The translations under genes and the position numbers were made by a program. Shown in pieces: positions 52,775 to 64,000 of a DNA stretch of 64,000 nt (its first letter is position 1; each line of letters begins with the position of its first letter). The DNA is from Takakia lepidozioides (Eukaryota > Plantae > Bryophyta): NCBI GenBank assembly GCA_030704615.1, contig CM060733.1, forward strand, positions 43,338,001-43,402,000, in the 5' to 3' direction. Under the pieces are notes generated by a model. The model did no database searches, had not been told where the DNA came from, and saw only the letters and a program-made list of their open reading frames with translations.

Positions 52775-55757
52775 AAACCGAACAGGGGGCGAGGCCCTGA
52801 TAGTTCTTTTATTGATAAGATTATTGAAGGGAAAAAATTAAACCCTTTAAGTGCCCGAAGGCTGCCATAAGGCTGATCTCACGGTTTGCCGTGCTGGATA
52901 ACTCTCAAACAGTGAACGCATTACTGGGTACGTTACAGACCCCTGAAAATAACCTCTCTCTCACAACGAGAGGAATCCTACCAATAAACTGGCATATCAT
53001 GAAAATTACATGGTTTCGAACTAGAAAGAAGATGCTTATGGTATCAAAGCCAAAAAGAGAGTAGATGAGAGAAGATGAGAGGGCTGGCGAGAGAGGAAGG
53101 ACATCCATAGAGGGGCACAAGTGGAAGGTATCGATGGGCCCTAGCAAAGCACTAAAGACATTCTATCCATGAAAGCAAAGCTTGGCCGAGGATGTGGGCC
53201 TGATGTGCTTCCAATTGACATCGGATCTTTCAAACTCAGGGGAAGCTGAAGAGCTCGGATCTGAGTCCCTGCCAAGAGTGTGGAACTGAGTCTGCCCATA
53301 CACATGTGAGATTATAAGCGCAGCTACAAATGACCCCATGCTTCCCCCATGTTGTTCGGAAGGCATGGAGGAGGGCTGGCTGATAGCCTCTGCACACAAT
53401 GAAGCCCATGCCTTCTTAGCCGCTATTGTAAGGTCAAAGAAGACCAGAGAGAGAAGGGCAGTAGGAGATGAGTTTTCATTGTTGAGGGCCCATGCACAAC
53501 GACATTTCCATAAATTCCAGAGAGTGGAGGCCCTTAGGGTCTCAAAGACCGGGCATGAGGAAGCCTGGGATTTATGTGTTTGATCATAGTTAAGCAAGAT
53601 TTGTACAGGGCAGTCCGGCAAGAGGTCCCAATTCTTGTAGAAGTCCCTAACTAGCGGCCAGATGGCAGTGGGAGCTTTGCAGTAGATGAGGCAGTGCTCC
53701 AAGGTTTCGATGGTACCTATCAAGCAGCATTGGCAAGAACGACTTCTGCAAAGTTGAGAAATTGGCCTACTTTGAGGACTCGGTTGGCAACCTGCCAAAG
53801 GAAAGCGCTAATCTTGGCTTGATTTCTCCCATATTAAAGCCCAAATACACTTCCAGTTCTCATCGGCAAAATTTTCGTGCCCCCATTTTTTATTCCATTT
53901 GGCATACAAGGGTGTTGCCCCCAATAGGGCCCTATACGCTCTCTTGGCAGTGTATGCAAAGAAGGGTAGGAGTTCATCTTTGAAGAGCCATTTCCATTCT
54001 GCAGGGTCAATTTGCAGAGCGGAAATCTGATACCCTTCTACGAGAGCAAAAGAACTTTGTTGCAGCCATGGAATGATGGGAGAGCCCATAGGAGCTTGAG
54101 GGTTGAATTGTTTGGATGGGTAAGACCAATAGCAGATCCGGGCTGGTGAGCAAGAGGCAGAGGGTAGAGAAATTGTCTGCTGGGAGGAAAGAGAGAGCAG
54201 ACTAGAGAAATCGTCAGCCTGGAATTGATAACCAGACACCTGTAACCCTGAGGAGGCAGTGAGGTAGAGGACATGAAGGTTCTGGAAGTTAGAGAGAACC
54301 CAACGGTGGGGAGAAGGAGGGGAGAAGGAGGGCCAGGGCCGCCTGCAAGAATAAGCTTCCACGAGTCCGGAATGGAGCGAATGATATTTGTTATGCCTGA
54401 TTTGAAGGCGCCGGAAACCCAGAGCTTGTTGGAGGGACTGGGGTGTACTTTCCCAGAGATTTTTGACAGTGGAGACTCCTCTTGAATCCCAACCTAACCA
54501 TCTTTTGGCCTGTTTTTTTTCCTCTCGGGAGGGATTGTTGGAGTTAAGGAAAAGGTGTTGTCTCAAAACTTCGTGAAAAGAAGTTGGCTCCTGCTTCCTA
54601 GGGAAGGGTCTGAAGTAGTTCCAAGCCTTCCAAATAGAGTTCCATAGTGGGGAGCCCTGAGCTTTGTGGTTAAAGCCTTTCAGAATCCAACGGGAAGAAG
54701 GCGCCCATGCAGTGCTTAGCATAGGTGAGGGTTCCGAGATGGAAGCTCCAACCATGAGTTTCCACCAGCCACCTTCTGGTCCAACATATCTTGGAAGCCA
54801 TTTACCAAGTAAGGCTTTGATCTGAGTTTCAGGATCCGGAACCCCTAGGCCCCCTTGTTTTTTGGGGAGACATATTTGGTGCCAAGAGACTTGGGGTCTC
54901 ATGTTTTGCTCAGATGAGTTTGCTCCCCAGATGAAATTCCTGACAATTCTTTTTACTTCATTGAGAGTCTTTGAGTTTGGCCCCCAGGCTGCAGCAAAGA
55001 ACCAGATTCCTGCTTCAAGGATCTGGTTCACTGTAAGCGCCCTTCCAATGATGGAGAGGAATCGAGAGCTTCAATAGGTCATCTGCTTTTTAGAGCCTCT
55101 GGATTATTGGGCCAAAATGCTGGTCTTTGGTAAGGTTAATACCAAAGATATGGCCCTGCAAGGTGGTTGTTTCACCTTCACGCAACCAGACCAGCCCAAG
55201 GTGGCCCCCCCAGGTAGGCACGTTGCCAATAGCAGATCTAGATATATCTCCTAACAGGAGTGCTTTAGTCTTGGACCAATTGATTTTGAACCCTGAAAAC
55301 CCACAAAATTGAAGAAGTGTGGTTTCTGCTGCAGCCAGTGTAGATGGGATGGCTTCCAATAGAAGAAAGGTATCGTCTACGAACATAGAGTCTTTGACAT
55401 GCCTCCAGAGTTGTGTTTTAGGGTTCTGGAGCTTCAGGCCCTTGACAGTGCTATTGGCTTCAAGCATGTAACCTAAGGCATTGGCTACAAAGAGAAAGAG
55501 GAGGGGGGCCAGTGGACACCCCTGCCTACAGATCTTTGCAGTTGGAATGGCTTAGAGAGGTAACCATTGATGAGAACTCGGCTGTTGGCCCCTCTTAGGA
55601 GGATTGTCACCCATTGACAGAAGCCCTCAGGCAACCCTGCTTTACAAAGAACTGCTATCAAGAACGTCCAGTCTACTCTATTGAAGGCTTTCTCAAAGTC
55701 CAAAAGCCATAGAGCCAAGGCTTGGTTTGAATTTGTGGCATAAAAATCTGCTTCTTG
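52737..55757 (-). mobile_element. L1-clade LINE 3' part (RT plus zf-RVT plus poly(A))
   Basis: LLDFEKAFNRV, MFVDD, KINWSK, PKKQGGLG, CQCC...ETLEHCL..C and LWNLWKCRC. Poly(T) at 52737-52767. The 5' side abuts gypsy integrase sequence. Confidence 0.9.
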
Positions 55758-56573
55758 GGACTTGTCGGCACCAAAGGTGATTTTCCATAGACCAATACGA
55801 AAGGGAAAACTCCTGTTGCGGAGTGTTTTGTGTTATTATAACAGAACTCTGCCGCATCCAAGTGCTCCACCCAGTCCGATTGGTCTGCCGACACGTAATT
55901 CCGCAAGATATGCTTCACCACGGAATTCACCCTTTCCGTTTGGCCGTCCGTCGTAGGTCGGAAGGCAAGGCTCATCTTGGGTCTTGTCCCCATTTTCTTC
56001 CAAAGTGTCCTCCAAAATTTACTTGTAAACTTTGGATCGCGGTCCGAGACAATATCCTTCAGGAGTCCATGATGCTTGAAGACGTGGGCGAAGTAAAGTC
56101 GTCTCGTCTCCTGCGCCGTTGCCGTCTCCTTGGTGGGGATGAAATGGCCCATTTTACTGAACCTATCCACCACCACCATGATTGCATCGAATCCTTTTGA
56201 TAGCGGCATAGCAGTCATGAAATCTATCGAGACACTTTCCCAAGACCCCTCTGGAATCGGCAAGGGTTGTAACAACCCCGCTTGTTTTTTGTACTCGCTC
56301 CGGTTTTGTTGGCATGTGGTGCATGTCTTGACATACTCCTCGGCCTCTTCCCTCAGTTTGGGCCAGAAATACTCTTTCTTCAAGAGTGCCGCGGTGCGCT
56401 TGGTTCCGCCGTGGCCCGCAAGCGGGCCATTATGACATTCTCTCAGGAGACTATCTCTGATCCCTCATTTCGGCACGTAGAGACGATTTTGCTTGTATCG
56501 GAGCATGCAGGATGGACGTCCAGTGGCTTACGAAAATAAGAAACTGAATGAAGTGGAGCGACGGTGGCCAACG
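55758..56573 (-). mobile_element. Older Ty3/gypsy element, left part: integrase on minus plus the start of an inverted RNase H segment (56505-56573, plus)
   Basis: GHGG..RT, CTTCQ, SIDF, VSDRD and DGQTERVN. Plus-strand MQDGRPVAYENKKLNEVERRWPT continues as HEKEMK at 63423. Confidence 0.85.
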
Positions 56574-57301
56574 TGTCACGGCCCTTTGCCTTGAGGGCAG
56601 GGGGTCGGGACGCATGAGGGGCTGCCCCTGTGGTGGGGGCAGCGGCAGCGATAGGTATGGGGGGGCTGAAGCACCCTTGAGTGCCCAAGACACTCAAGGA
56701 GGCGGAGGCGCTCACTAGGTGGAGCCCCGCACACCGGGTTGCGGTGGGGGTGGCTCCACAAGGGGTGGTGGTAGCTTAGCGGGACTTAGTGGGGATGACA
56801 TAGGACTCACCATGGGGGCGGAGACCTCGTGGTGGGAGTCGTGGGGAGTCTTGGGACTCATCACGGTCCATAGGGGCCGTGGTGAATGGGCCAAGACTCA
56901 CCGCGACTCATCACCGGGAGTCGAGGGTTTTCGTGGTGGTTCGCCATAAAATGGCATGGCTGGTTGTGAAACCCCCGCGGACAGCTACAGAAGTATATAT
57001 AAGGGGAGTAGTGACCCTGAGAACGGTGCAAGCCCGTTGGTGACCAAAAACTAGTGAGTAAGCGAGCGAGCCGGAAAGCGACCAAAGAGTGGGGAGCTGT
57101 TCCGGACTGCCATCTACCAAAGGGAATTCCACCAGGCCCAAATAGGTGGAGGGTTTAGTGGGAGAGCGAAGGGGGACCGTTATGTCCCGGTGAGCAGCCG
57201 AAGCCCAAAGTTGGCCCGGGGCCAGGTTGGGAGTCAGGCGCGCGCATCAAAGCGAGTAACTATGACTTGAAGGGGAGCTTACTGAAGTGAGGTGCGCGAC
57301 A
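56574..57301 (+). repeat. 5' LTR (728 bp)
   Basis: TGTCACGG...GCGCGACA. TATA-like TATATATAAG at about 56994. Confidence 0.95.
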
Positions 57302-57303
57302 CT

Positions 57304-57315
57304 TGGTATCAGAGC
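57304..57315 (+). promoter_or_regulatory. Primer-binding site complementary to initiator tRNA-Met
   Basis: TGGTATCAGAGC, 2 nt after the 5' LTR. Confidence 0.9.
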
Positions 57316-57356
57316 TTAGAGTTCAGTACGCGATCGTCCTTGGGATTGGCCTCATC

Positions 57357-58607
57357 ATGGGGTCGGGCAAGCCAAAGCGAAAGCGGAACGGCCCAAAAGA
57401 TGATGATCCTGATGAGCCCGATGGGGGCGACGTGTCACCGAAGCGGCCATTTGAGGAAGCGACGGTTGTTGGCGCAGTTTGGCGGGACGTTGAAAGACGT
57501 GTTGAAGGCGGCTAATGCCACTTCCGCTAAGGCAAAGTTTTAGGTGAAGCCTAAGGAACTCGGCACCTTCGAGGGCGTCCGAAATTGGAAGGCACTCAAC
57601 ACCTGGCTCTTGGAGCTAGAGCAGTACTTTCGGGCGGCCAAGTTGAGTGACGAGGATCGGGTGGAAGTGGCTCCCACCTATTTGAGGGGCTATGCTCAAC
57701 AATGGTGGCAAAAACGCCTTCACGACCGAGGTCCAAGTCCGGAAACCTTGAACTGGAGTGGGTTCAAGGAATTGATGAAGCGACAGTTTGTGCCCCTCAA
57801 CGCGTCCTGGCTTGCCCGGGACAAGATGAGGAATTTGAAGCAAACAGATGACATTCGGGGATATGTCCAGGCTTTCAATGTGCTGTTGCTCGAAGTTGCG
57901 GATATGGCGGAACCAGAAATGGTCTTCAACTTTGTGGCGGGGTTGGCCCCATGGGCCAGGCGGAAGTTGGAGGAGAAGCCACCTAAGACTTTGAACGAGG
58001 CAATTGAGAGGGCTGAATGTTTCTCAAATGTCCCTAAGGGTGAAAGACAAGGCCGTACGGAGCTGAACCACAAGAAGACCCAGCGGGAAGGTGACTCTTT
58101 CCGACCGGAAAAGAAGTGGGATAGGCCACGCGGCAACAACGACATGTGGAAATCGAAGGGAGGGCCATCACAAGTCAAGGCGGCACCCGGTGCTTCGAAA
58201 AGAAAAGCGGGTGGAGCGGCCTATGGCGGACAGAAGGCAACCTTTGATGGAGTGTGTTTCAATTGTGGGGAGCCCGGGCACATGGCCAAGAAGTGCACGA
58301 AACCCTGGCAATTGAACATGACTCGGGCGACCACAGAGCTGTCGAAAGATACCATCAGTCGCTTGGTGGAAGCGGTGGTCGCCAGGACTTGCAAGGTAGG
58401 CAAATATTCTTGTGAGTTGTATCAGGAAACTGGCACATTGCGTAAAGGGAGTCACTTATTGTTCGTGGATGGGATAATATCCGGAACTAACATGTCATTG
58501 TTGGTGGACACAGGAGCGTCGCACTCCTTCATGACACCGGCAACGGCACAAAAGCTGGGACTCCCGACAACTGACGTAGGGGCCTCTATTGAGGTGCGTT
58601 TTGCCTT
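57357..58607 (+). pseudogene. Gag (retrotrans_gag plus CCHC knuckle) and N-terminal half of the aspartic protease
   Basis: LKQT..IRGY, CFNCGEPGHMAKKC and LVDTGASHSF. Frameshift and stop at about 57460-57543. Confidence 0.9.
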
Positions 58608-58764
58608 TTTGGCATCACCTTGAGCAAGGGTTCACTTGGAACCCTCTTTGACTAGGAAGATAACCTTGAACCAACCGTGCGCCCCAATCACTACAATTGG
58701 GTCCGCCTTGGAATGCTGGCCTGAGGTACGGGAACACGCCGAAGCCGCACTACGACTTCGTCCC

Positions 58765-58918
58765 GAGGCTACACGATTATAGTACATGAACGGAAGAACG
58801 TAGCTTCCGCGTTAGCCCGCACTACAAGGCAACCCCCTCGGGAGGCTACACGATTATAGTACGTGAACGGAAGCACGTAGCTTCCACGTTAGCCCGCACT
58901 ACCAGGCAACCCCCTCGG
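58765..58918. repeat. ~77-bp tandem duplication in the retroelement 3' non-coding region
   Basis: GAGGCTACACGATTATAGTAC...TTAGCCCGCACTAC.AGGCAACCCCCTCGG occurs twice. Confidence 0.85.
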
Positions 58919-59213
58919 TAGCGCAGTTATAGTATGCGCACGCGCCATGTGCGCACTAGCACGTGAACTCCCAAAGAAGGCGCAAGTTTCCTTGTCCCTT
59001 GGATGGGGGTCACCCGATTTCGGCACTACGCAAACACACGATTAACCCAATTTACCTCTCCCACTTTTATAAGCTAGCATGCATTCTACACACTAGCCAA
59101 CCATACCATGCATCACCATTCCAAACAAAATAGGACGCACAACATTTGGAAGCCATTTCATTTATAGCACGTTTTGTACAATACAAGTTTTTGCAATCAG
59201 ATTCCTAAGCTAG

Positions 59214-62200
59214 CTAAGCCGGGCTAAGCATGCATTTCCTCCCCCACGCTCCAAGGTTGATGTCCCCATCAACGCTTCTTCCGCTTTTGAGGTCGCCCTT
59301 CGAAAGCTGCAACCGCCTCGGATGCGTTTCCCATTTCTGAGGCACGCACCAAGATGCCTCCACATGATGATAGCCCTTCCATTTGACGAGATACTCCGTT
59401 TCTCGGTTCTTGAACCTCCTCAACTTAAGTATTGCCTCCACCTCGTACTCAGGTTCATTTTCATGATCCAACAGCATAGGTGGCGGACGCAACACTTGAT
59501 GCCGATTCGGACGCGCTTCATCTTTGAAGTAAGGCTTCAAAAGGGAGACATGGAATACTGGGTGCACCTTGCTGTTTGCCGGCAGCTCCAATTCATACAC
59601 ATCCTCATTCATAACCTTCCGAATGCGAAAGGGTCCCGCATACGGAGGTACGAACTTCGGACTCACTTCCGGAGGTAGTCGGAAATTCTTGATGTTCAAC
59701 CAGACCTCCGTGCCTGCCTCAAACTTCACTTCCCTCCGCTTCCGATTCGCCTGCCTTTCATACCGTTTCCTAGCTTTGGCAATGTTGTACTTTGTGAGCT
59801 TCAACAAACGCTCGCGTTCTTCCAGTACCGCCGCTACTGCCGGTTCCTCAACGTCCTGGGCGGCCCAACTTGTCGGCACCAGAGGTGCTTTTCCATAGAC
59901 CAATACGAAAGGGGAAACTCCCGTTGCAGAGTGTTCTGTGTTATTATAACAGAACTCTGCCGCGTCTAAGTGTTCCACCCAGTCTGTTTGGTCTGCCGAC
60001 ACGTAATTCCGCAAGATCTGCTTCACTACGGAATTCACTCTTTCTGTTTGGCCGTCGGTCGTAGGTCGGAAGGCGGTGCTCATCTTCAGCCTCGTCCCCA
60101 TCTTCTTCCAAAGTGCCCTCCAAAATTTACTCGTAAACTTTGGATCGCGGTCCGAGACAATATCCTTCGGGACTCCTTGATGCTTTAAGACGTGGACGAG
60201 TAAAGTCGCCCTGTCTCCTATGCCGTTGCCGTCTCCTTGGTGGGGATGAAATGACCCATTTTACTGAACCTATCCACCACCACCATGATTGCATCGAATC
60301 CTTTTGACAGCGGCATAGCAGTCATGAAATCCATCGAGACGCTTTCCCAAGTCCCCTCTGGAATCGGCAAGGGTTGTAACAGCCCCGCTTGCTTTTTGTA
60401 CTCGCTCCGGTTTTGTTGGCATGTGGTGCATGTCTTGACATACGCCTCTGCCTCCTCCCTCAGTTTGGGCCAGAAATACTCTTTCTTCAAGAGTGCCGCA
60501 GTGCGCTTGGCTCCGCCGTGGCCCGCAAGCGGGCTATCATGGCATTCTCTCAAGAGGCTATCTCTGATCCCTCCCTTTGGCATGTAGAGACGTTTTTGCT
60601 TATACCGGAGCAGTCCATTTTGCAAGTGGAACTGCGATTTAACCCCCATCCTCAAGTCCTGCATCACGGACTTCGCCAGCTCATCCTTCCGGCAAGCCTT
60701 TCGGATCTTCCTTTGGAGCGTCATCTCGCCCTTGTACACCAACAAGAGCTGCTGCTTCTACTTAAAGCATCGGCCACCACGTTGTCTCGTCCCGGTTTGT
60801 ACTGGATATCCACGTCGAACACTGCCAAAGTATCTTGCCACCTAAGTTGTTTTGGGGACAACTTGGGCTGCGTGGCAAAATACTTCACCGTGACATTGTC
60901 CGTGAACACCTTCACTGGGTTGGAACCAACATAGTGGCGCCAAAGCTCAAGACAGTGCACCACCGCCTTCATCTCTTTCTCGTGCGTCGGCCACCGTCGT
61001 TCCACTTCATTCAGTTTCTTACTTTCGTAAGCCACTAGACGTCCATCTTGCATCAGTAACCCCCAATCGCGAAGTCCGACGCATCTGTATGTATCTCGAA
61101 CGGACGATCGAACTCCGGGATTTTCAAGACTGGAGCTTCCGCCATCCGCTGCTTCAATTCAGCAAAAGCTTGGCCACAAAAGGTGTTCCATGCCTAGACT
61201 TTAGATTTACACAAAAGGTCTGACAACGGCCCCGCAATCTTGGCGAAATTTCTCACATACTTCCGGTAATAGGAGGCGAGTCCTAGGAAGGATCGTACTC
61301 CCGGGACCGAAGTCGGAGGCTCCCAGTCCAAGATGGCCCTCACCTTCCTGTCATCCATTCTGATCCCATGACCCCGAATTTGCACTTTGAAGCTTTGGCA
61401 TACAGCTTCCATTCCCGCAATTTCTGGAACCCCCTTTTTGGTGCTCCAGGTGCTCCTTCTTTGTTTTCGAATACACCAAGATGTCGTCGATGTACACGAT
61501 CACAAAGTCATCCAACCACTCCTGGAAAAGGCTGTTCATCAGCGTGGTAAATGTCGTTGGTGCATTGGTGAGCCCAAAAGGCATCACCAAGAACTCATAT
61601 GAACCATACCTTGTCCTGCACGCGGTCTTCTCCTCATCTCCTTCCGCCACTCGAATTTGATGATAGCCGGAGCGTAGATCGATCCGGCTGAAATACTTCG
61701 CTCCTGCCAACCGATCGAAAAGGTCGTCGATCCTTGGCAAAGGGTATCGGTTTTTTATAGTCACCTTATTCAGAGCCCTGTAATCGACACACATCCGCAG
61801 CGTCCCATCCTTCTTGTCTGCAAATAGCACCGGGGCTCCGTAGGGTGACTTACTCGGCCGGATGTACCCCTTTGACATTAGATCCTTGAGCTGAGTCTTC
61901 AGCTCGACCAACTCTCTGTGGCTCAACCGGTAGGGCGCCTTGGCAGGCGGTTCCGATCCCGGTATCACCTCAATCTTGTGGTCAACTCCTCTTTGCGGTG
62001 GAAAACCGCTTGGCAAATCCTCCGGCATCACATCATGGTATTTCTCCAAAATCCCCTTGATCCAATATGGGCTCGGCTCTCCATCGCCTTCTCCCTTCAC
62101 TTCTCTAATGTAGAGCAAAAACTGGGGCTCGTATGCCTCCTCCACGACCCACTCTCTTGCTGACAGAAGGTTTATTCGCCCTCCCACGGGTTTGGGCGTT

Positions 62201-62408
62201 TCCGAAACTCGTAAGACCTCGCCACCATTCCAACATGGCAGCGTGACTACCCTCTTGCGGCCATCTATGACCGCTCCAGATTTGCTCAAAAAGGTCATCC
62301 CCAAAATGAGATCCACTCCATCGATCTCGCAGACGGTGAAGTTCTCACGTCCCTCCCAACTCCCTAGTTGAAGAGGCATCGAACGCCAACCTCGTCGCCA
62401 ATTGCGGT
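59214..62408 (-). pseudogene. Inverted pol: protease C-terminus, RT, RNase H, integrase, chromodomain (frameshifted)
   Basis: [47 protein letters not shown]...CTTC, DGQTERVN, GPF, HPVFHVS and YEVEAIL...YLVKWKGY...SW. Confidence 0.92.
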
Positions 62409-62690
62409 AAGGCGATTCGATCCTCGGGGAGGATCGTTCCTTGGCCTTGAAGTAGGCCAAGAAGAGTGCACTGGGAGGAGCTGGAGAGGCTCCACCCTTG
62501 GCCGGGACTTGGAGGAAGTCGGCCGAACTAGCTAGTGGAGAGTAGAGTCAAGTGTGGGGTTTGGTTCTTTGCCATGGGACGCCATGGTGCGGAAACAAAC
62601 TCCTTGATGTGGGACGCCACAACTTGGATATTCGTTTCTACAAAATGGACAAGTCGATGAGGACATCGACTCCCTGTTGGTAGGGGTGTG

Positions 62691-63417
62691 TGTCGCGGCC
62701 CTTTGCCTTGAGGGCAGGGGGTCGGGACGCATGAGGGGCTGCCCCTGTGGTGGGGGCAGCGGCAGCGATAGGTATGGGGGGGCTGAAGCACCCTTGAGTG
62801 CCCAAGACACTCAAGGAGGCGGAGGCGCTCACTAGGTGGAGCCCCGCACACCGGGTTGCGGTGGGGGTGGCTCCACAAGGGGTGGTGGTAGCTTAGCGGG
62901 ACTTAGTGGGGATGACATAGGACTCACCATGGGGGCGGAGACCTCGTGGTGGGAGTCGTGGGGAGTCTTGGGACTCATCACGGTCCATAGGGGCCGTGGT
63001 GAATGGGCCAAGACTCACCGCGACTCATCACCGGGAGTCGAGGGTTTTCGTGGTGGTTCGCCATAAAATGGCATGGCTGGTTGTGAAACCCCCGCGGACA
63101 GCTACAGAAGTATATATAAGGGGAGTAGTGACCCTGAGAACGGTGCAAGCCCGTTGGTGACCAAAAACTAGTGAGTAAGCGAGCGAGCCGGAAAGCGACC
63201 AAAGAGTGGGGAGCTGTTCCGGACTGCCATCTACCAAAGGGAATTCCACCAGGCCCAAATAGGTGGAGGGTTTAGTGGGAGAGCGAAGGGGACCGTTATG
63301 TCCCGGTGAGCAGCCGAAGCCCAAAGTTGGCCCGGGGCCAGGTTGGGAGTCAGGCGCACGCATCAAAGCGAGTAACTATGACTTGAAGGGGAGCTTACTG
63401 AAGTGAGGTGCGCGACA
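62691..63417 (+). repeat. 3' LTR (727 bp)
   Basis: Near-identical to 56574-57301 and preceded by G-rich TTGGTAGGGGTGTG. Confidence 0.95.
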
Positions 63418-63422
63418 CAACG

Positions 63423-64000
63423 CACGAGAAAGAGATGAAGGTGGTGGTGCATTGCCTTGAGCTTTGGCGCCACTATGTTGGTTCCAACCCGGTGAAGGTG
63501 TTCACGGACAATGTCACAGTGAAGTATTTTGCCACGCAACCTAAGTTGTTCCCAAAACAACTTAGGTGGCAAGACACTTTGGCGGTGTTCGAAGTGGATA
63601 TCTAGTACAAACCGAGACGAGACAATGTGGTGGCCAATGTTTTAAGTAGAAAGCAGCAGCTCATGTTAGTGTGCAAGGGCGAGATGACGCTCCAGAGGAA
63701 GATCCGGAAGGCTTATCGGAATGATGAGATGGCAAAATCCGTGATGCGGGACTTGAGGATGGGGGTTAAATCGCAGTTCCACTTGCAAAATGGAATGAGT
63801 ACACCTCCAATCGCGAAGTCCAACGCATCCGGATTTTCAGGACTGGAGCTTCCGCCATCCGCTACTTCAACTCGGCAAAAGCTTGGCCACAAAAGGTGTT
63901 CCATACCCATACCTTGGATTTACACAGAAGGTCTGGCGACGGCCCCGTGATCTTGGCGAAATTTCTCACATACTTTCGGTAATAGGAGGCAAGTCCTAAG
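63423..64000. mobile_element. Older gypsy element, right part: rest of the inverted RNase H segment (plus, to ~63797), then RT/RH on minus
   Basis: HEKEMKVVVHCLELWRHY...FHLQNG on plus. From 63798 it is colinear with 61065-61290 (minus-strand pol), with small deletions. Confidence 0.85.

Larger units (their letters stand above)
56574..63417 (+). mobile_element. Ty3/gypsy chromovirus LTR retrotransposon with an internal inversion
   Basis: LTRs 56574-57301 and 62691-63417 (TG...CA, about 3 visible differences). TSD CAACG (56569-56573, 63418-63422). PBS TGGTATCAGAGC. Gag-PR on plus; RT-RH-INT-chromodomain on minus. Confidence 0.95.

Overview
Eukaryotic, most likely non-seed land-plant nuclear DNA (spliced genes, PLS-DYW PPR, plant L1 LINEs, chromovirus), mostly nested transposons. 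Host genes: a complete 6-exon RPT3 proteasome ATPase (minus, 35121-41483) and a disrupted PLS-class DYW-PPR gene made of about 10 near-identical 303-bp units (43200-47113). The main discovery candidate is an ~11.7-kb Mutator-like element (20051-~31751). It encodes a GCM-like/MULE-DDE/SWIM transposase and, divergently, a spliced gene fusing a ParB/Srx-like domain to a beta-class N4C/N6A DNA-methyltransferase-like domain. About 19 copies of a 22-bp palindrome (TGATGATCGGTACCGATCATCA) lie only in that gene's predicted introns, resembling a ParB/parS-plus-methylase module on a eukaryotic transposon. A second cargo-like unit (~750-10007) has GC hairpin arrays at both ends, convergent RING-H2 and kinase pseudogenes, and three long fold-backs. 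Also present: hAT, Harbinger-like and piggyBac-like MITEs, several LINEs, and a young Ty3/gypsy element whose pol is inverted between near-identical LTRs. All domain calls come from motif recognition by eye; no searches were run.
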